A DNA stretch of 52,101 nucleotides from a virus. Lineage: Duplodnaviria > Caudoviricetes. The stretch is from IMG/VR virus record IMGVR_UViG_3300014933_000056, positions 1 to 52,101 of that record. One strand, written 5' to 3'. The position numbers and the translations under genes are program-made. Position 1 is the stretch's first letter, and each line of letters starts with the position of its first letter. This document shows, piece after piece, positions 1-7,889 of this stretch. The notes under the pieces were generated by a model, which did no database searches, had not been told where the DNA came from, and was given only the letters and a program-made list of their open reading frames with translations.

Positions 1-149
1 CCGCGAAGGCTTTCTGAGCCTTTGATCATTGTTAGAAACTCTTCCAATCTAACCAATGGCAGGTCTAACCCTTTGCCTGCAAATGCCTTGCCTGCGTCAT
101 ACCCTGCAAGCCATGCTTTTGCTTCTGCTGGAGTGTATTCCTTATCCAT
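1..149 (-). CDS. hypothetical protein, truncated by window edge
   Basis: Hand-translated MDKEYTPAEAKAWLAGYDAGKAFAG...; its ATG overlaps the stop of 149..352 (TGATG coupling). Confidence 0.6.
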   Translation of the reverse strand, partial: MDKEYTPAEAKAWLAGYDAGKAFAGKGLDLPLVRLEEFLTMIKGSESLR

Positions 150-352
150 CAAATCCTCCGTTGACACATAAATGCCTGCACATCTACCCTGAATGCGCCT
201 GCGTATTTGCAATCACCAATGATTCTGGACTCTGTTTGTATCTGCCCTACCCACATCCCCACTACCAGCATCATCACCGCGACAAATGACTTTGCCCACG
301 TTTCATAGATGAACGCCAATATTTGTTTATACGTAATTGTTTCCAACATCAT
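149..352 (-). CDS. small membrane-anchored hypothetical protein
   Basis: Hydrophobic stretch FVAVMMLVVGMWVG; coupled to both neighbours. Confidence 0.6.
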   Translation of the reverse strand: MMLETITYKQILAFIYETWAKSFVAVMMLVVGMWVGQIQTESRIIGDCKYAGAFRVDVQAFMCQRRI

Positions 353-801
353 TTTCCGTACCTCGCTATCAATGCAGCATCAGCGTAAGCTTGACCCCGC
401 GCTTTCGTATCCAGATCGCGCCACGCAGGCCAGAGCTGGATTGCTCTTGCCCTCGATGCATCCTTGTCCGTACCGATCAACCCTGCGGCTTTCTTCCACT
501 TCTGTGGCGTCACCATCGTGTGAGCTAATCCAAGGGCACCTATGACTCCCATTACCGTGCCGCAGCTATGCCCAAAGTTGAACATCGATGTAACGCCCTG
601 ACCCGGCATGGCGCCTACCTGCTCAACGTATACGTGGTCGATGTACTTAGTCCGATCCATAAAGTAATTCAGCTCTGAAGCGTTTACGCGCTTGGCTGAA
701 CCCACCTGATAGGTAGGCATGATCATCCATTCGATAGGTACGTCGTGTTCCAACAAGACAATGGCACCTGAGGCGCCGGGATCAATTCCAATGATCAGCA
801 T
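349..801 (-). CDS. RuvC-like Holliday junction resolvase
   Basis: IIGIDPGASG, VYVEQV, SMFNFG, TPQKWKK and ADAALIA are phage RuvC motifs. Confidence 0.9.
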   Translation of the reverse strand: MLIIGIDPGASGAIVLLEHDVPIEWMIMPTYQVGSAKRVNASELNYFMDRTKYIDHVYVEQVGAMPGQGVTSMFNFGHSCGTVMGVIGALGLAHTMVTPQKWKKAAGLIGTDKDASRARAIQLWPAWRDLDTKARGQAYADAALIARYGK

Positions 802-1054
802 CGTAGGCTCCCGAATGGTTCATTACTCGATCTCTTGTGGCTTGCTCAAGACTATTCATCTCGTCCTCAAACCTGAGTTTTAGTTCCTTCAAAGCCTTCA
901 ATGCCAGCTCGTCTCTGCCGTGGTAAAGAATGCTAATCAGGTCGGCATCCGTAGCTCGGTACATGATGTCCTTCAATGTATTAACCTCGCTTGGCATGAT
1001 GCCGGGCTTGCCATGGACTGTTAGCCAGTGAGCAAAATTAACTGACTCAATCAT
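782..1054 (-). CDS. hypothetical protein
   Basis: ORF in a tightly packed operon with ATGA overlap. Confidence 0.6.
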   Translation of the reverse strand: MIESVNFAHWLTVHGKPGIMPSEVNTLKDIMYRATDADLISILYHGRDELALKALKELKLRFEDEMNSLEQATRDRVMNHSGAYDADHWN

Positions 1055-1263
1055 TGTTTCACCATTGGGTAAAAAGTTATTACGTTGCTTGGCATATGGA
1101 TTGATGCATCACATCCTATTCGTTTGCAAATACCGACAGCCCAATCATGTATGGCACGCATAGCTGGAACTTCTGGAGGGTAACTATCTTCTAACAATCC
1201 TAAGCTGATAGAAGCTTCTTCGCCTCTGATTACCTTGCTGTGTATATATTTTTCATAGTTCAT
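1051..1263 (-). CDS. hypothetical protein
   Basis: ATGA overlaps at both ends. Confidence 0.6.
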   Translation of the reverse strand: MNYEKYIHSKVIRGEEASISLGLLEDSYPPEVPAMRAIHDWAVGICKRIGCDASIHMPSNVITFYPMVKQ

Positions 1264-1466
1264 GGTTGCTCCCGCTTCTCAAGATGAAACCTAATCCCCT
1301 CGCCATCCCATAAACCTTCTTTGCACATATCTAAAATACGTTCGCGTTCTGCTAATACTCCACCCATGTAAGCTGCATGCACTGCTTGTTGGTAAAAATC
1401 AGCAAGTATCCAAAGTTTTCCATCAAACTCTTTTGCTGGAACGGTAACCGGAATATTTGTTGTCAT
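1260..1466 (-). CDS. hypothetical protein
   Basis: Start moved to MTTNIPV (1466), which overlaps the upstream stop as ATGA. Confidence 0.6.
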   Translation of the reverse strand: MTTNIPVTVPAKEFDGKLWILADFYQQAVHAAYMGGVLAERERILDMCKEGLWDGEGIRFHLEKREQP

Positions 1467-1618
1467 TCCTTTCCCCCCCCTTGCGCAGATAACTTTAACA
1501 AAACCATCAAATGCCGTTCTTGTTCTGTCCATTTAAAAGCATCACCATAAACTTCTCTGTAATTAATTGGTGGCGACAAGTACCATTCTTTCCATTTTTT
1601 AAATTGTTCGTCAGTCAT
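1463..1618 (-). CDS. hypothetical protein
   Basis: Start moved to MTDEQF (1618), TGATG overlap with upstream gene. Confidence 0.55.
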   Translation of the reverse strand: MTDEQFKKWKEWYLSPPINYREVYGDAFKWTEQERHLMVLLKLSAQGGGKE

Positions 1619-1812
1619 CACTGCCCCCTTGCGCGGATAGCCTCGGCTGCTTCTATGTATGTTTTGGCGTTGAAAGCAATGACAGCACACGCCTCACGCT
1701 CTGCTGCTGAGACTAAATTTCCAAATTCCCACAATGGAGCATAGCCATCATCGCCATCTGCGTATTTCCAACCAGCCTCGTGCGCCAATCGGATCATGTC
1801 TTCTTTAGTCAT
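1618..1812 (-). CDS. hypothetical phage protein
   Basis: AAEREACA...AIRARG pattern typical of small proteobacterial phage proteins. Confidence 0.7.
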   Translation of the reverse strand: MTKEDMIRLAHEAGWKYADGDDGYAPLWEFGNLVSAAEREACAVIAFNAKTYIEAAEAIRARGQ

Positions 1813-2072
1813 TTCTTTCCCCTCAGATCAAAGAACTCGCATCTTTGTAATGTGAACCGTAACGGGCGCTTGCGGTAGACAGAGCACAGTACCTTCGCCG
1901 GTTGATACTTCGTGCACTCAAAGCAGATCCTACGGTCATCGCCCTCAGCGTCTCTGACTAGCATCGCCTCAGCTAACTCTTCAGCCTCTTCTTCATTCAG
2001 GCCTTCTTTAATAAATATTTTGACCCGTCTTGCAAACACTTCTAGCTCGGGTGCTGACCATGCTCTTCCCAT
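1809..2072 (-). CDS. hypothetical protein with Cys cluster
   Basis: DDRRICFEC...C...LQRC; GGAGG ribosome-binding site upstream. Confidence 0.7.
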   Translation of the reverse strand: MGRAWSAPELEVFARRVKIFIKEGLNEEEAEELAEAMLVRDAEGDDRRICFECTKYQPAKVLCSVYRKRPLRFTLQRCEFFDLRGKK

Positions 2073-2106
2073 ATATCCTCCGATAAGCCCACACGTTGTG
2101 GTAGGT

Positions 2107-2126
2107 AGAATATAACATGAAATTAG
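2107..2126 (-). promoter_or_regulatory. putative extended -10 promoter
   Basis: Minus strand CTAATTTCATGTTATATT (TGn + TATATT); same layout as the sites at ~3013 and ~12149. Confidence 0.4.
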
Positions 2127-2350
2127 AATATGTGAATAGTAGATATTTCTTTATCTATCTCCATCCTACCAATACAAACCATGTTCCAATTATTTCCGTT
2201 TGGGTCTTTCTCAGTCCATGACGAGCAATGAATAATCACTTCTTTGCATATGTATTCTTTATCGTTCTCGTCAAATATCCGCCACTTGTGGTCAATACTT
2301 CCCCTGCCGGGTTGGCCTGCAGATTGGTTGTACCTGATCCTGAACTTCAT
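2123..2350 (-). CDS. hypothetical protein
   Basis: ATGA-coupled to the oxygenase. Confidence 0.7.
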   Translation of the reverse strand: MKFRIRYNQSAGQPGRGSIDHKWRIFDENDKEYICKEVIIHCSSWTEKDPNGNNWNMVCIGRMEIDKEISTIHIF

Positions 2351-2988
2351 ATGATCTCCACCTCTGGCTTAGTTACTTGTGGCGTTACCTGTTGCGCCGG
2401 TGCCACCGAAATATTCATGTGCACGAACTTCATCGGCTTCTCGCTGTTCATGTTCCGGCTGAAACTATGCGGTAACCAGCTAGGCGTAAAAATAATTACT
2501 CCCTCCCGTGGCGTAAACACGCCAAAGGGCGATGCAGGCGTTAATTTATCTTCGTCTGCCTGAGGTAGGTTGATGATCACTTTCGCAGCCCTAGGGTCGT
2601 ATATGACCAGCTTGCAGGCATTGTCTGGCACCTCAAGGAAGTAGAACGCGCTGATCTGAGCACCACCGCCGTGAAAGTGCTGCTCCATGCTGCTTTGAAA
2701 GTTGTGTTCCTGCGTCCACATCTCCGTGAAATACGTCACCAGCTTTTCCATCGCATAGCCCTGCGACGCCAAGATATTCCACGCGGTCTGCGAGACATAC
2801 TGCGCGAACTCCAAGGCCAACGGTTCATTGGAAAAGTCATATGTCATGACAGTCATCTTCTTGCCCATGCTTTCCTTGGACAGCTCAAGATACTTGTCAG
2901 AGATAGCCCGTACAGGCTCTAGGAATTCTGTCTTCTCGACAGCGTAGACAGTAGTTGCGAAGTAATTGATTTCTTCCAGTTGATCCAT
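2347..2988 (-). CDS. putative 2OG-Fe(II) oxygenase (TIGR02466-like)
   Basis: W...HFH...ISAFYFL...DPR...GVIIFTPSWLPH...NIS double-stranded beta-helix pattern. Confidence 0.8.
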   Translation of the reverse strand: MDQLEEINYFATTVYAVEKTEFLEPVRAISDKYLELSKESMGKKMTVMTYDFSNEPLALEFAQYVSQTAWNILASQGYAMEKLVTYFTEMWTQEHNFQSSMEQHFHGGGAQISAFYFLEVPDNACKLVIYDPRAAKVIINLPQADEDKLTPASPFGVFTPREGVIIFTPSWLPHSFSRNMNSEKPMKFVHMNISVAPAQQVTPQVTKPEVEII

Positions 2989-3012
2989 GATCCCTCCGTG
3001 ATTGATGTGAAG

Positions 3013-3030
3013 AGTCTAACACGGGATTAG
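3013..3030 (-). promoter_or_regulatory. putative extended -10 promoter / operator
   Basis: Minus strand CTAATCCCGTGTTAGACT; imperfect CTAA-N7-TTAG palindrome shared with 12151-12167. Confidence 0.45.
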
Positions 3031-3037
3031 GGTCTGG

Positions 3038-3232
3038 CTATAGATTCATTCCTTCATATTTCTTAGCATTGCTTTGACACATTACACAAATCCGACGCTC
3101 ACCGGATTCTTTATGTACATTCTTACCACCTCTTTTCATCCCACCCGTACTTAACATCCGACAGGCAGTATCACTGCCTACCCATATGTGAGCTGCTGTA
3201 CTTTTCTTGTTTAGGTTATAAAAATATTCCAT
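3038..3232 (-). CDS. hypothetical protein, possible Zn binder
   Basis: AHIW...TAC...CVMC. Confidence 0.65.
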   Translation of the reverse strand: MEYFYNLNKKSTAAHIWVGSDTACRMLSTGGMKRGGKNVHKESGERRICVMCQSNAKKYEGMNL

Positions 3233-3601
3233 GTTTATCGCAGAGGGAAGTGACTGAGTCTTTTAGGCAAAATCCACCCCTACCCCTGACGCATCAGGGA
3301 AGGGCTGGGGATCGTTATCGCGTCGGTCGTTTCTTCGCAATTGTCGGTCACGCTCATCTCTCAATGTTCCGTCGTGACTGGCAAGACATTTAGACCCATT
3401 GTGAGGCCTCTTCTTAGCGCACTTGCCGAGCTTGTCCCAATTGTTGCTGTTGCTCCGGAGCACCCTAATCTCTCGACCCGGTTCCGTTCTGGCAGTTAAT
3501 CAACAATCGGCGCTATCTCCACCCGCGCTTGCCGAATCGATAGTTTTTTCGGCTCTCGCCCCAGACCAAAACGTACGTGGTCACCAAAATTTCTGAGGCA
3601 A

Positions 3602-3762
3602 GGTATCGGCAGAAAGCAAAAAACCCATTGGTGAACGAGCTTTAGGCTTGGTTGCCACATGTGAAAAGTGCGATACCACTTAACACAGCTTTGACGAAGC
3701 CCGCTCACCAATGGGTTTGCAGGGTCACTTGTATCGAGCTACAACGGGTTACCAATCCGTTG
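3602..3762 (-). ncRNA. c4-like antisense RNA with flanking target sites
   Basis: Long stem (about 3621-3642 with 3697-3718) ending in a U-tract. Internal hairpin loop GTATCG is complementary to CGATAC both upstream (3731-3736) and downstream (3603-3608). 5' hairpin at 3742-3762. Confidence 0.6.
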
Positions 3763-3770
3763 ATGGTGAA

Positions 3771-3799
3771 ATTTTAGGACATGTCCTATTTTATTGCAA
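3771..3799 (-). promoter_or_regulatory. sigma70 promoter with palindromic operator
   Basis: TTGCAA (3794-3799), 17 bp, TAAAAT (3771-3776); perfect 14-bp palindrome TAGGACATGTCCTA at 3775-3788. Confidence 0.75.
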
Positions 3800-3803
3800 G
3801 GGT

Positions 3804-4192
3804 TGTTGGCGCCCCCGAGCTTGAACGGGCGTTTAAGGGAAATCGATTCGCTACCAGCCACACCAACACGGCTGAGGACTACTAGGGGGCACTGCCCTTC
3901 TAAGCTCCGGCACTCTCGGAGGCAATCCTCATGCGTCTTGAGACTGTAAACTTAAAACAAGCCTACTGTAAACTTAACCAACACGGCTGAGAATTTAGTT
4001 ACAGTTGCGATCTGTATGGAGTTCGGGATTAAGGACAATATTACGTGTAGCTGCAGCTATTGACGTAAGTGACTCTCCACTGACCGATCTTCTACCACCC
4101 AAATTCTCATGCGTCTTGGTTGTTGGTACGAGACGCAAATGGGGAACGAGGCCAAAGCCTACGCCCGATCACCGCAACTTCTCATACCAACA
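3804..4192 (-). ncRNA. array of four stem-loop units, two with an identical bulged basal stem
   Basis: accaacacggctgag at 3862-3876 and 3977-3991; ctcatgcgtcttg at 3928-3940 and 4106-4118; TGTTGG/CCAACA-closed units at 3804-3868 and 4121-4192; TATAAT at 4201-4206. Confidence 0.55.
3943..3977. repeat. 13-bp direct repeat actgtaaacttaa x2
   Basis: Copies at 3943-3955 and 3965-3977. Confidence 0.85.
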
Positions 4193-4201
4193 TGCTGAAT
4201 A

Positions 4202-5065
4202 TTATACCGCCACTTCCTGACACTGCATAAGCTTTCGCACCACCGCAAACAATCCATGCTTCTGGTGCAAATCATTGGCATCAAACCCTACCTCGTCAGC
4301 CATCACCCACGGGTGCCCTGTTTCCTCTGCAGACTTGGCGCCGGTTCCGCTTGCGTCGTTATCCGCAAAGATCATCACCTTGCCGGGTATCTGCGAGGCC
4401 ACTGCCACCATGTTCCCAGCACTGAAGCAAACCACCACCGAGGCCTTCATACCGCAGCTTCTGAGAGCTTGATGCACGCTCAGGCCAGTTGCATACCCCT
4501 CAACCAGCCAAGTCTCTCCTGCGTCCTTTACGCCCATCCTAAAGACCGCATTCTTAGCCCTCATGCCTGTGAGCATCTTCTTCACATACTTACGCTCGTC
4601 CGTATCCCAGATAATCTGCTGGTAGCCCTGCAACTTATTCGTGGCCACGTTACGCATCGGGATCAACAGGACGTCATCCAAAACGAAGCCCTTCTCTGCG
4701 CCAAATCCCTTAGCCGTCAGGTACGGGTGATCCTCCAGCTTAGCTGATCTCAGGATCATGTCAGCCTTCAGTGCTGTCTGCTCGTACTTATGCTGCTGCT
4801 CAGACTGCTGGGTTTGACGTTTAGCCGCCCACTGACGCTTTTCTTCGTCTGTCCATGGTTTGGCATTAGGATCGCTGTACCAAATTGTTCTTGCTTCACC
4901 TTGCCAATTAAAAATCCATCCTCTTTCACCATTCCACAAATAAGAGCCGTTTAATGAACGTGGTTTCTCTGTAGTGCCACAACGTCGTATTTTGTCTGAC
5001 GCATAAAATTTTGATGGATTAATTTCTAAACCATGCATTCTGGCAAAATTGATAAAACCATTCAT
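4202..5065 (-). CDS. Toprim-domain DNA primase
   Basis: HPYL..KG, LLIPM, WLVEGYATGLS, VVCFSAGN and IFADND Toprim motifs. Confidence 0.9.
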   Translation of the reverse strand: MNGFINFARMHGLEINPSKFYASDKIRRCGTTEKPRSLNGSYLWNGERGWIFNWQGEARTIWYSDPNAKPWTDEEKRQWAAKRQTQQSEQQHKYEQTALKADMILRSAKLEDHPYLTAKGFGAEKGFVLDDVLLIPMRNVATNKLQGYQQIIWDTDERKYVKKMLTGMRAKNAVFRMGVKDAGETWLVEGYATGLSVHQALRSCGMKASVVVCFSAGNMVAVASQIPGKVMIFADNDASGTGAKSAEETGHPWVMADEVGFDANDLHQKHGLFAVVRKLMQCQEVAV

Positions 5066-5622
5066 ATCAATCTCCCGTTTTCATTTGCCCATGCAATTGG
5101 GTCTTTATTGTATTTACGCAAATTGCATGTGGGGCATAACAATTGCAAATTTTCATCAGCGTGCATGCCGCCTAGATTAATTGGCATAACGTGGTCTAAA
5201 TGATGGCCACTGTTAATTAAATCGGTTTTGCAATTAATACATTTACCACATTGCATTTCCATCAACTTTTTTACAATCCCTTTTGAAATTTTCCCTACTT
5301 GCATGCGTTTTTTTGCTTTTCGGTTTTGATTGTAAATCCTAACCAAGTCTAAATTTTCTTTTTTCCAATTTAAATTAATTAATTTTACAAATGTTATATT
5401 TTTTGCCCGATATTCCTTGCATTGATTACGTAATTTTTCCTTGTTTTCAAAGTTGTACAACTTGCGATAATCTTGAATTTTTTCTTTGTTTTGATCCGCA
5501 TACAACTTAGCTTTTTTTGTATGGCATTTTTTGCATGCAGACCGAAGTCCAAAGATTGTGCCTTTTTGCTTGCCAAACTCAGATAAGTCTTTTTCTGCTT
5601 TGCACAGAGTGCATATTTTCAT
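5062..5622 (-). CDS. HNH homing endonuclease
   Basis: N-terminal CxxC...CxxC; CINC...HLDHVMP...GG.H...NLQLLCPTCN; very AT-rich relative to flanks. Confidence 0.9.
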   Translation of the reverse strand: MKICTLCKAEKDLSEFGKQKGTIFGLRSACKKCHTKKAKLYADQNKEKIQDYRKLYNFENKEKLRNQCKEYRAKNITFVKLINLNWKKENLDLVRIYNQNRKAKKRMQVGKISKGIVKKLMEMQCGKCINCKTDLINSGHHLDHVMPINLGGMHADENLQLLCPTCNLRKYNKDPIAWANENGRLI

Positions 5623-5652
5623 GATGAATCTCTCATGTACGAATCAAGAAGA

Positions 5653-5704
5653 ATGTGGCAGGCAGTGATTCAATCTGCTTTTCCCCCGCTAAAGGTAGCC
5701 ACAT
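5653..5704 (-). ncRNA. three-way-junction leader RNA of the HNH gene
   Basis: ATGTGGC/GCCACAT closing stem, CCTT-TAGC-GGGG and GCAG-ATTGAATCA-CTGC hairpins; loop complementary to GATTC sites at 5641-5646 and 5625-5630 next to the ATG. Confidence 0.55.
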
Positions 5705-5709
5705 CAAAA

Positions 5710-5751
5710 TCATACCACGCCATGAGCGCGTGCAAAGTCTATAAATGTCAT
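5710..5751 (-). pseudogene. orphaned original 5' end of the primase gene
   Basis: MTFIDFARAHGVV* matches the primase start MNGFINFARMHGL; ATGA-coupled to 5748..5906. Confidence 0.7.
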
Positions 5752-5906
5752 GCCCCGTCACCCCAATAAAGTTCTAGCCAATCGTCGTATGCCGCCCAGC
5801 AAAGCAGCCAATCCCACATTAATTGTTCGTTCTTAGATACATCGCAGTAATACTGAGCCATTTGCAGGCAAGTTTCTCTTGGTGGTGGTGGACTCTTAGT
5901 AACCAT
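5748..5906 (-). CDS. Trp-rich hypothetical protein (52 aa)
   Basis: Hand-translated MVTKSPPPPRETCLQMAQYYC...YWGDGA; fills the operon gap. Confidence 0.6.
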   Translation of the reverse strand: MVTKSPPPPRETCLQMAQYYCDVSKNEQLMWDWLLCWAAYDDWLELYWGDGA

Positions 5907-6084
5907 TTTTTTCTTTCAATTTGTCTTGAACTGCAAGCAGCAAACTAAATGGCGCGTCTTTATGTTTTACACATAACTCAAAACACTCCTCTTTTGTCAA
6001 CCCAACCCATTCTTTTGGTAAGCTGTATTCCGATTTAACAAAAACCATTTTGTCTGGGTCTGTTGGATGTGGTTTAAGAGGCAT
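5896..6084 (-). CDS. hypothetical protein
   Basis: KEWVGLT.EE...LKEKN module. Confidence 0.7.
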   Translation of the reverse strand: MPLKPHPTDPDKMVFVKSEYSLPKEWVGLTKEECFELCVKHKDAPFSLLLAVQDKLKEKNGY

Positions 6085-6547
6085 TGTTCTTCTCCCTCAA
6101 AGCTTTTTCTAACATGCGGTACATGCCTATAGTGCCGATTGCGCCCTGCATTTGAACCTTTAGTTCGTAATGCACAGCCTGAATCTCTTCGTCAGTCAGC
6201 CCAACCCATTCTTTCTTTGGTGGGGCGGTTGCTACTTGAATTGCGTCACATAGCCACGAAGGTGGTGATAAATCTGCGTGTTCTCCATCATGCGCAATCA
6301 TTGCCGACCATCTACCTAAACACTCCCACAGGTGCGCTACCGGCTCCGGTTCAGGCTGCGCTAGTCTGGCTCGTATGGATTCTATACTTTGATTTGTTTT
6401 GTTTAAATATTCCTTCATAAACTCCACGCGCGCTGGTCTGTACCATTCTCCATAATGTTGGATGTGCATATCAATTTCTGATTGCTGTGAATCAACCGCG
6501 TTCTCCAAGCAATCAAGCGCCATCTTAAATAGTTCGCGGTCAGTCAT
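6074..6547 (-). CDS. hypothetical protein
   Basis: LAQPEPEPVA...KEWVGLTDEE...LREKN module. Confidence 0.75.
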   Translation of the reverse strand: MTDRELFKMALDCLENAVDSQQSEIDMHIQHYGEWYRPARVEFMKEYLNKTNQSIESIRARLAQPEPEPVAHLWECLGRWSAMIAHDGEHADLSPPSWLCDAIQVATAPPKKEWVGLTDEEIQAVHYELKVQMQGAIGTIGMYRMLEKALREKNNAS

Positions 6548-6735
6548 TCTTCCTCCGTTGGAACGTCACGCCATTCGGTATAAACTTCTCCCGACGTAGC
6601 ATTAACCTTAATTTCGCTTTCCCACATCTGCTGGAGAATATATACCTCTCTGCTTACTGAACCGTAGTAGTTACCTATGTCGCCATGCATAGGTATGTGT
6701 CGTTTAACAAATCGTAGATTGTTTGTTGGTTTCAT
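6544..6735 (-). CDS. hypothetical protein
   Basis: LRFV...ILQQ.W...EWRDVP; ATGA overlaps. Confidence 0.7.
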   Translation of the reverse strand: MKPTNNLRFVKRHIPMHGDIGNYYGSVSREVYILQQMWESEIKVNATSGEVYTEWRDVPTEEE

Positions 6736-7025
6736 ATAACCTCCGCTTTTCTAAGATGGCCTGATACGCCATCAAAAAACAAAATTAAATTAGCTGGACA
6801 ATAAAACTGATTATTTATGTCTACAAATGCCCACCCGTCTTTTAAAGTAACGTTATATTTCTTAACTACATCTGGCCTAGGTTCTGGCTTGATGCGGTAT
6901 TGAATATGAGGAAGCCAATCAGGTGAGACACAAGACCACCAACAATTAGTTCTTTCTGATAAATATTCAATATGAGCGCCGTCTGCCCATGCTTTAATAA
7001 TTTCTGCGTGTACGTGAGGTTTCAT
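6732..7025 (-). CDS. hypothetical phage protein
   Basis: HAEIIKAWADGA.IE...P.W...YRIKP pattern. Confidence 0.75.
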   Translation of the reverse strand: MKPHVHAEIIKAWADGAHIEYLSERTNCWWSCVSPDWLPHIQYRIKPEPRPDVVKKYNVTLKDGWAFVDINNQFYCPANLILFFDGVSGHLRKAEVI

Positions 7026-7639
7026 AATTTATCCCTCTCTTTAATTTGCCTGATGATCTGTTGCTTAACAAAGTTAACTCCCTGTGCTTCTGCGCCAAAT
7101 CCTTCGTACGTATCGTGAACAATCTGAGCGCAAATATTCCTCTCAAGGTGTGCAGCCGCATCCATCATTCGGTTTACTTGTTCTTGCGAGTATCCAATTC
7201 GTGAGTGTTCGTACAATGGCACCTGATTTGCATATTCAGTCCTAGAGAATATGTCGTCGTAGTCAATCTTTGCTGCCAAGTCAGGGCGCTCAAACCATAT
7301 CTTATCCACCCACGCTACAGGCTTGTTCTCAACATAAGGGTGTTCCATAGACGTCAACGCTACGCCATCCTGCGTCATGGCTTGAGCAGCACCGTTTGTA
7401 GGAGGCGGTGGTACCTTAAGAATTGTTTTTTGTGCTGGGTACAAAAGATTTTTCAAACTTTCACGATCAATCATCAACCCATTAGCTAATTTGGTTAAAT
7501 TAGAATCCTTTGGTTTTCCTAAACCAGTTTCATAAATAGTTATTGCGCTTTGCGATAGGCCAGCTCTTTTGGCTAACATTTTTTGAGTTAGGCCTAATTC
7601 AGCACGCCTTAATTTCATAAGTTTAGTGAAATCATTCAT
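7022..7639 (-). CDS. XRE-family HTH protein with C-terminal extension
   Basis: RRAELGLTQKMLAKRAGLSQSAITIYETG; start moved to MNDF (7639). Confidence 0.8.
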   Translation of the reverse strand: MNDFTKLMKLRRAELGLTQKMLAKRAGLSQSAITIYETGLGKPKDSNLTKLANGLMIDRESLKNLLYPAQKTILKVPPPPTNGAAQAMTQDGVALTSMEHPYVENKPVAWVDKIWFERPDLAAKIDYDDIFSRTEYANQVPLYEHSRIGYSQEQVNRMMDAAAHLERNICAQIVHDTYEGFGAEAQGVNFVKQQIIRQIKERDKL

Positions 7640-7640
7640 G

Positions 7641-7889
7641 TCATTGCCTCTGTGAAGGAATACGGTTAAGGATGGCCTCCGAAAGAGCTTCATCGCCCTT
7701 TTCTTTAGCCAGCTCAGCGCAAGCTTGACGCTCAATAAAAATAGCCTGCTTAGTAGTCTCAATAGCCACAGTCATGATCTCAGCACGAGCCAGAGCTAAT
7801 GCCTCATCAAATTCACTCTGCGTGAACAGATCAATCGTTCCTGCACCGCCTAGTAATTGTTTAGCCAGTGGGCTTAGTTCTTTAGTCAT
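7641..7889 (-). CDS. hypothetical protein
   Basis: Likely start MTKELSP; ERQACAEL motif. Confidence 0.7.
   Translation of the reverse strand: MTKELSPLAKQLLGGAGTIDLFTQSEFDEALALARAEIMTVAIETTKQAIFIERQACAELAKEKGDEALSEAILNRIPSQRQ

Noticed and set aside
3263-3711. ORFs 3263..3463 and 3496..3711
   Set aside because: GTG starts without clear RBS, atypical composition, overlap with RNA structures
3804-4192. Possible tRNA genes or a CRISPR-like array
   Set aside because: No complete cloverleaf could be built; the repeats are paired stems in two copies, not repeat-spacer units, and there are no cas genes
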